From Polyangiales bacterium (lineage in GTDB: Bacteria > Myxococcota_A > Polyangia > Polyangiales > Ga0077539), in NCBI GenBank assembly GCA_044229975.1, contig JBGARZ010000006.1, positions 256,001 to 320,000 of the forward strand: DNA of 64,000 nt, read 5' to 3'. Below, piece after piece: positions 57,318-64,000 of this stretch. Under the pieces are notes generated by a model. It did not search any database and was not told where the DNA came from. It saw only the letters and a list, made by a program, of their open reading frames with translations. Each line of letters opens with the position of its first letter. Within the stretch, counting starts at the first letter, position 1. Both the position numbers and the translations under genes were made by a program.

Positions 57318-57680
57318 TTGAAGGCCGCGGGCAGCACCACCGCCCGCGGTCGCGCCGCCGAACAACTCGTCGCCGATCACCTCACCCGCCAGGGGTTCAT
57401 CCTCCTCGCGCAAGACCTCCGCGTCGGGCGCGAAGAGGTCGATCTGCTCGCGTGGGAGGGCGCGACGCTCGTCGTCATCGAGGTTCGCTCGCGACGCGCG
57501 GGCGCGATGGTCGACGCGCTCACCAGCGTGTCGCGCGCCAAACAACGTCGGCTGCGCACCGCCCTCGCTCGCTGCATGGTCGACCGCGGCGCGCGCGACG
57601 GTCGCATCGACGTGGCCGCGGTGGTCGACGGCGTGCTGGTGGAGTACCTCGCCGGCGCGGTGGATTTCAGCGAGACGTGA
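57318..57680 (+). CDS. yraN: YraN (UPF0102) family protein
   Basis: 'GRAAEQLVADHL...GF', 'EVDLLA', 'VIEVRSR', 'KQRRL', 'RIDV'. Confidence 0.85.
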   Translation: MKAAGSTTARGRAAEQLVADHLTRQGFILLAQDLRVGREEVDLLAWEGATLVVIEVRSRRAGAMVDALTSVSRAKQRRLRTALARCMVDRGARDGRIDVAAVVDGVLVEYLAGAVDFSET

Positions 57681-57683
57681 GGG

Positions 57684-58412
57684 TCAACGGCAGCGGCCGC
57701 TGGCGATGTTGCACCGCTGGCCCGCCGGGCAGGCGACGAGGAGCGAGCAGGGGACGCAGCCGCCGGTGACCCGGTTGCACGTCGCGCCGTTGGTGCAGAG
57801 CGCGGGGTTGGTCACGCAGCTTCCGCAGGTGTGCGTCATGGGGTTGCACTGCGTCGTGCCGCAGATGGAAGGCACCACCGTGCAGTCGGGGATGCACACG
57901 CCGTCGTTGGAGACGCGGCCCTCCGGGTCGGGGATGCACACATACGAACCCGCAGCCGCAGCGCCCACCTCGGACGGCGCCGCGCGGCACGGCGTGACCG
58001 CTCCTTCGCGGTAGGTGCAGCGTCGCACGCACGCCATGCGCGTCGGCGGAAACGGGAGCGTGATGCACGCGCCGAACTCCCCGCATGGGGCGTTGGAGGT
58101 GCACGCGAGCGTGGTGGTGTACCCGCCCGGAAACGTGGGGCCCGGGGCGCAGCACGCGCCGCTCGCCGCGCCGTCGGTGCAGAGGTTGGTGCTGCACGGA
58201 GCGCCCACCGTCGGGGTCGAGACGGCGGGGCACGTCGACGTGGAGCTGTCCGCCGGGCAGCAGCGATCGAGGCGGCACTCGAAGCCGCTGGGACAGAGGC
58301 CGAGCCCGCTGTCGTCGGCGGCGCCGCAGCGAATGACTCCCGTGCGATCGAGCTCGGGCACCGCGCAGCTCACGAGCATCGCGGCGATGAAGGTGTAGCG
58401 ACGGGCGCTCAC
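57684..58412 (-). CDS. Cys-rich lipoprotein
   Basis: Lipobox 'LVSC', very Cys-rich; GTGA-coupled to upstream gene. Confidence 0.7.
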   Translation of the reverse strand: MSARRYTFIAAMLVSCAVPELDRTGVIRCGAADDSGLGLCPSGFECRLDRCCPADSSTSTCPAVSTPTVGAPCSTNLCTDGAASGACCAPGPTFPGGYTTTLACTSNAPCGEFGACITLPFPPTRMACVRRCTYREGAVTPCRAAPSEVGAAAAGSYVCIPDPEGRVSNDGVCIPDCTVVPSICGTTQCNPMTHTCGSCVTNPALCTNGATCNRVTGGCVPCSLLVACPAGQRCNIASGRCR

Positions 58413-59196
58413 AGCGTTCCTCCGAGGCTGAGGCCCAACCCGTACGGCGCCACGCTGATGCGCGGAGCATCGCGCACCTCCACGCGCTGGCCAGGGCCGC
58501 GCAGCGCGAGCCACAGTGCGCCGCCCGCCGCGAGCCCGACGCCGAGCCCGCCGAGGATGTACGCCCGCGTGATGCCGCCCTGCGCGTCGCGCTGCGCCTC
58601 GGCTGCGGCCTGGCTCCACGCCTGCGTGCCGTTGTTGACGTCACGAAGGGTCGACACGTCGCCGTTGGCCACGACGGCCTGCACCACGCCCGCGACGCCG
58701 AGCCCGACGCCGAGCCCGAGCGTGATCCACGGGCCCACCGTGGAGATCGTGCTGCGGCGGTACTCCACGCGAAACCACCGCGGCTCGATGACCGAGCGCT
58801 CGACCGTTCGCTCCCGAACGATCACCTCCTGCGCCTGACCTGCGCGGCGCGCCTCGTCTTCGCGCGTGCGCTGCTGCTCGGCGAGCGGTCGGAGCTGCCC
58901 GAGCATCTGGTCGAGCGCGGCGCGGTCGAAGCCCGGCGCGCCGGCGCTGGCGAAGTCCTGGAGCGATTGCAGCGCGCCGACGTAGTCGCCCTGGCGTTCG
59001 AGGGCGCGCGAGAGGTTGAAGAGCAGCTCGGGGCGGTGCGAGATGGCGTGCGCCTCGCGGAAGGCGCGGGCGGCCTCGTCGTAGCGTCCCGCCGTGAAGG
59101 CGCGCGTGCCGTTGTCGGAGTAGGTCTGCGCGAGGGAGGTCTGCGCGGCGGCGGTGGCCGACGCGAGCAGTGTCGCGAGGGCGATCGCCGCGGCTC

Positions 59197-59200
<4 letters not shown>
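58409..59200 (-). CDS. Secreted TPR protein with C-terminal hydrophobic segments
   Basis: Signal peptide, '[17 protein letters not shown]...PELLFNL' TPR; GTGA overlap with glyQ stop. Confidence 0.75.
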
Positions 59201-60144
<944 letters not shown>

Positions 60145-60197
60145 CGCGCGGACGGAGGTACCGCAGTCGGCCCCCGCGGATCAATGACCGCGCGTGC

Positions 60198-60482
60198 CTA
60201 CTGCGCGACCACCGACGCGCTCGCGCTCACCGACGCGCCCGGCGCGCCGACCGCGACGCCGACGCTGCCGTTGGGGTTCACCGTCGCAGTGGCCGTCGCG
60301 GGCTGGCCGTTGACGGTGACGCTGCTGGAGACGCCGGAGGTCGTCATCACGCCGCCGGTGCTGGCGACCACGGCGTGGGCAGGAGCGACCGTCGCGAAGG
60401 TGCCGGGCGCGATGCCCGCGCGGAGGAAGCAGCCCGTCGAAGCGAACATCGAGAGGACGGTGACGAGGATGAGCTTGCGCAT
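60198..60482 (-). CDS. Small lipoprotein (Ala/Val/Thr-rich)
   Basis: 'MRKLILVTVLSMFASTGC' lipoprotein signal. Confidence 0.65.
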   Translation of the reverse strand: MRKLILVTVLSMFASTGCFLRAGIAPGTFATVAPAHAVVASTGGVMTTSGVSSSVTVNGQPATATATVNPNGSVGVAVGAPGASVSASASVVAQ

Positions 60483-60649
60483 GGTGGTGACTCCCGGTTG
60501 ATGAAGCGACGCGATCGGCGCCGCTGCATCGACTCTGAGCAACCGCGATACCATGCACGAAATGCCGGGAATCGAAGGGGATTGGCGATGTGGTCGTCGC
60601 CGATCGACGCGGCCACGCCCCGCTGCGTAGCGCGGGCGCCACGCTCACT

Positions 60650-62539
60650 TCACGGCGTCGGAGCGACCGCCGCGCCGGGCGTCGGGTTGTGGCACTGACC
60701 CGCCGGGGTCGCCGCGCTCACGATGATGAACTGCACGCGACGGTTGGCCGCGCGCGCCTGTCGTCCCTGCCCCGGCAGCAGCGGGCAGTCGTTGCCGAAG
60801 CCGTGGCTCTGCAGCCGGCTCTCCTCCGCGCCGTGCGCCATCAGGTAGCGCCGCACGCTGAACGCCCGCCGGTTGGACAGGTCGCGGTTGTACGACGGCG
60901 TCCCGCGGTAGTCCGTGTGCCCCTGGATGTCCAACTGGATGCCCGGCATCGTCCGCAGGATCGACACCACCGAGTCGAGCACCTGGAAGCTCCGCGCCCC
61001 GATGATCTCGTCGCGGTCGGTGCGGAAGTTCACCTGCTGGAGGATGCGGATGCTCCCGCCGTCAGCCTGCGCCAGCGACTCGCCGTCGGGGCAGCCGTCC
61101 TCGTCGTCCTGGCCGTTGAAGGTCTCCGCCTGCGTCGGGCAGCGATCGGGCCCGTCCGGCGGATCAAGAATCCCATCGTGGTCGGCGTCCACCGCCGGGC
61201 AGCCGCGGCGCACCGTGCTCGGCCGCGGGCCCGCCGCGACGTCCACGCACTGGTCTTCGTCATCGAACACCGCATCGCCATCACGGTCACCGCGCGGGCA
61301 GCCGCGCCGCTCGGGACGCGGGTCGGGCGTCGCTCCCTGCGCCTCGTTGGGGCACACGTCGTCCGGGTCGCTCACGCCGTCGCTGTCCTGGTCGAGCAGC
61401 GGGCAACCCGCGCGGTTCGGGTCGGGGTGATCACCCTGTGGAACCGTCGGACACGCATCGGCGTGGTCCATCACGCCGTCGGCGTCTTGATCGGCCGCGG
61501 GGCATCCGCGTCGCTCGGCGCGCGGGTCAGGCGATGCGCCCTGGTGCTCGTCCGGGCACACGTCGTCGCCGTCGTTCACGCCGTCGTGGTCGCGGTCGCT
61601 CGGCGCGCGGCTCACCGGCGCGTACGCCACGGTGAACATCCCGCGACCCGCCGGGACGCCGCCGCCCTGCTCCAGTCCGATGCCTCCGCCGAGGCCGATG
61701 AGCACCGTGTCCGCTGCGAGGTAGTGCGCGCCGAGGATCGCCTCGCCGCCCCACTGGTCCTGCGCGAACAACGCCGACCCGCCGCTGTTGGGCAGGTCGC
61801 GCGCCGCCGTCAGCACGTACACCTCCGGGCCGATGGTGAGCCGCTCGTTGGCGAGCACCACGCCCACCGCCGCCGTGAAGCGCAGCTCGTTGCCGATGGC
61901 GAGGTTGACCTCGTCGATTGCGCTGCGCACCGCGAAGCCCGCGCCGAAGCTCCACCGCACCGGACCGCCGCGACCCGCGACCGTCAGCTTGGGCTCGACG
62001 CGCACCGACTCGTCGCCCGTGTTGTCCACGCGCGAGCCCGTCGGCAGCCACAGGTTGGCGCCGAGGTGCAGCGAGATCGGGTCGCGATCGGAGTGCCCGA
62101 ACAACCGCACGCGCAGCCCCACGCGGAGGTCACCGGGAGACGGCCCGTCGGCCGGGCCCAGCGAGGTGGTGCCCACCACGAGGCGCTCGCCGTCCTGCGT
62201 CAGCGAGACGGGCATCGACACGCTCAACCCGATGCGATCGATGAACGACACCGCCGCGCCGATGTGACCCGTGAGCATCCCCGAGACGAGCGAGCGCTGC
62301 GCCCCGTTGAGCGGCTGCACCACCAGCGGGTTGGCCGCGTAGTCGAGCGTGAGGCCCGCCGAGAACACCCGCGTCGACGAGTACCAGGGGTGCTCCGCCA
62401 TGAAGAACACGTCGCCCGACGGCGTCGGCTCGAAGCGGTTGAGCGCGAAGCCATCGGCGGTCTGCGCCGAGGCGGCGGACGAGGCCAGCGCCACGCCGAT
62501 CGCAGTGATGACGGCCGCGTAGGTTGTTCGTGTTCGCAT
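60650..62539 (-). CDS. OmpA-family protein with N-terminal beta-barrel and TSP3 repeats (TraB-like architecture)
   Basis: Signal peptide, 'GDLRVG' barrel region, DxDxDGxxDxxDxCP repeats, 'QGHTD...NRDLSNRRA...NRRVQF'. Confidence 0.85.
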   Translation of the reverse strand: MRTRTTYAAVITAIGVALASSAASAQTADGFALNRFEPTPSGDVFFMAEHPWYSSTRVFSAGLTLDYAANPLVVQPLNGAQRSLVSGMLTGHIGAAVSFIDRIGLSVSMPVSLTQDGERLVVGTTSLGPADGPSPGDLRVGLRVRLFGHSDRDPISLHLGANLWLPTGSRVDNTGDESVRVEPKLTVAGRGGPVRWSFGAGFAVRSAIDEVNLAIGNELRFTAAVGVVLANERLTIGPEVYVLTAARDLPNSGGSALFAQDQWGGEAILGAHYLAADTVLIGLGGGIGLEQGGGVPAGRGMFTVAYAPVSRAPSDRDHDGVNDGDDVCPDEHQGASPDPRAERRGCPAADQDADGVMDHADACPTVPQGDHPDPNRAGCPLLDQDSDGVSDPDDVCPNEAQGATPDPRPERRGCPRGDRDGDAVFDDEDQCVDVAAGPRPSTVRRGCPAVDADHDGILDPPDGPDRCPTQAETFNGQDDEDGCPDGESLAQADGGSIRILQQVNFRTDRDEIIGARSFQVLDSVVSILRTMPGIQLDIQGHTDYRGTPSYNRDLSNRRAFSVRRYLMAHGAEESRLQSHGFGNDCPLLPGQGRQARAANRRVQFIIVSAATPAGQCHNPTPGAAVAPTP

Positions 62540-62747
62540 GCTCAAGGTCTCAACGCTCCTCTCGCGCCGCTCATCAGCCGCGCACCGTGAGGTCGACCGT
62601 AACGAGGGACACGGTGTCGCAGCAACAGAACTTCGCGGTGCGATCTACGTCGTGTGGTGCCGTGTAGGGGCGATGATTCCGTTGCCTTTCGCGACCGCTC
62701 GGAGAGAATCGCGGAGCCCCGTCACTCCTTCCGAGAGGTCCTCCGCG

Positions 62748-64000
62748 ATGAACTCCAGACGTCTCCAAACACTCCGCGCGTTGGCCTTCGCGGTCGCGTG
62801 TGCGCCGCTCGCCGCCGACGCCATCCCGCTGATCAACGGCATGGGCGGCCCGGCCGGTTACGGCACCGGCGTCCTCGACCCCAACGACGACGGCTCCACC
62901 GGGAGCATCGACATCCGGCCCGCCTTCGGCACGCGCGGCGCGAACTTCTTCGGGACGTTCCAGACGGCGATGTTCGTCAACAACAACGGCAACATCACCT
63001 TCTCCGGCCCCGTCGGAGCGTTCACGCCGACGGCCTTCCCCATCTCGGCACAGCCGATGATCGCGCCGTGGTGGGGCGATGTCGACACGCGCGGCATCGT
63101 CGCGACCCCCGTGGGCAGCAACGCCACCTACTACGACGTGCGCCCCGGCCGCGTGACCATCACCTGGTACAACGTCGGCTACTTCGGCTCGCACGTCGAC
63201 CGGCTCAACGACTTCCAGCTCATCCTCACCGACCGCAGCGCCGAGCGCGTGGCCGGCGACTTCGACGTCGAGTTTCGCTACAACCGCTGCGAGTGGACGA
63301 CCGGCGACGCATCGGGCGGCTCCGGCGGCCTCGGCGGCACGCCCGCCCAGGCCGGCTTCGACGCGGGCAACGGCCGCGACTTCGTCATCCTCGACGGGTC
63401 GCGCACCGCCGCCATCGTCAACCTCTGCACCACCACCAACGTCACCGGCGGCGCGCCCGGCCTGTGGCGCTTCCAGATCCGCTCCGGCGGCATCGCCGAG
63501 TGCGGCAACGGCGTGCGCGAGTCCGGCGAGGAGTGCGACGACAGCAACACCACCCCGGGCGACGGCTGCTCCGCGTCGTGTCGCACCGAGCTCGCCCCCG
63601 GCGCCACCTGCTCCGCGAGCGACCAGTGCCGCTCGGGCTTCTGCACCGACGGCGTGTGCTGCGGCTCGCGCTGTGACGGTCAGTGCGAGGTGTGCAACGC
63701 CACGCCGGGCACCTGCACCGCCGTGACGGGCGCGCCCCGCGGTGGCCGCGGCGCCTGCATGGGCACCGGCACCTGCGGCGGCACCTGCAACGGAACGCTC
63801 CGCACCGCCTGCACCTACCCCACCGCGACGACCACCTGCGCCGCGGGCACCTGCACCAGCGGGTCGGCCACGAGCGCGGGCACCTGCAACGGATCGGGCG
63901 CCTGTTCTGCCGGGACGGTCTCGGCCTGCGCGCCGTACGTCTGCGGCGCGACGGCGTGCCGGACGGACTGCGGCACCGACGCCGACTGCACCACGGGCAA
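62748..64000 (+). CDS. Secreted NIDO (nidogen-like) domain protein with myxobacterial Cys-rich repeats, 3'-truncated by window edge
   Basis: Translated by hand: signal peptide, 'PNDDGST', 'FVNNNGNITF', 'IAPWWGDVDTR', 'NDFQLIL', 'CEWTTG', 'QAGFDAG', then 'CGNGVRESGEECDDSNTTPGDGCSASC' and further Cys repeats; absent from the ORF track because it has no stop in the window. Confidence 0.85.
   Translation, partial: MNSRRLQTLRALAFAVACAPLAADAIPLINGMGGPAGYGTGVLDPNDDGSTGSIDIRPAFGTRGANFFGTFQTAMFVNNNGNITFSGPVGAFTPTAFPISAQPMIAPWWGDVDTRGIVATPVGSNATYYDVRPGRVTITWYNVGYFGSHVDRLNDFQLILTDRSAERVAGDFDVEFRYNRCEWTTGDASGGSGGLGGTPAQAGFDAGNGRDFVILDGSRTAAIVNLCTTTNVTGGAPGLWRFQIRSGGIAECGNGVRESGEECDDSNTTPGDGCSASCRTELAPGATCSASDQCRSGFCTDGVCCGSRCDGQCEVCNATPGTCTAVTGAPRGGRGACMGTGTCGGTCNGTLRTACTYPTATTTCAAGTCTSGSATSAGTCNGSGACSAGTVSACAPYVCGATACRTDCGTDADCTTG

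Overview
Very GC-rich bacterial DNA, most consistent with Myxococcota (Polyangia/Sorangiineae-like). This is an inference from the gliding-motility genes, Cys-rich repeat proteins and an OmpA/TSP3 protein. Left part (1-19.5 kb): metabolic, detoxification and housekeeping genes, including a TetR-centred locus, rarA and bioB, plus a 154-bp near-perfect inverted repeat. At 19.4-21.9 kb a decayed island sits between 107-bp direct repeats; it holds an AlbA_2/Schlafen-type ATP-binding gene and a collapsed type I restriction-modification remnant. At 22.4-22.8 kb a small gene has an in-frame TGA followed by an E. coli fdhF-like SECIS hairpin. It is a candidate selenoprotein of no family I recognise and the most interesting signal here. 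Right part: a kinase-macrodomain fusion, TPR/HEAT proteins, a ~22-kb glt gliding-motility cluster, glyQ without glyS, and a TraB-like OmpA gene divergent from a NIDO/Cys-rich surface protein that runs off the window. No tRNA, rRNA or CRISPR array was seen. All functional calls are motif-based by eye; no searches were run.
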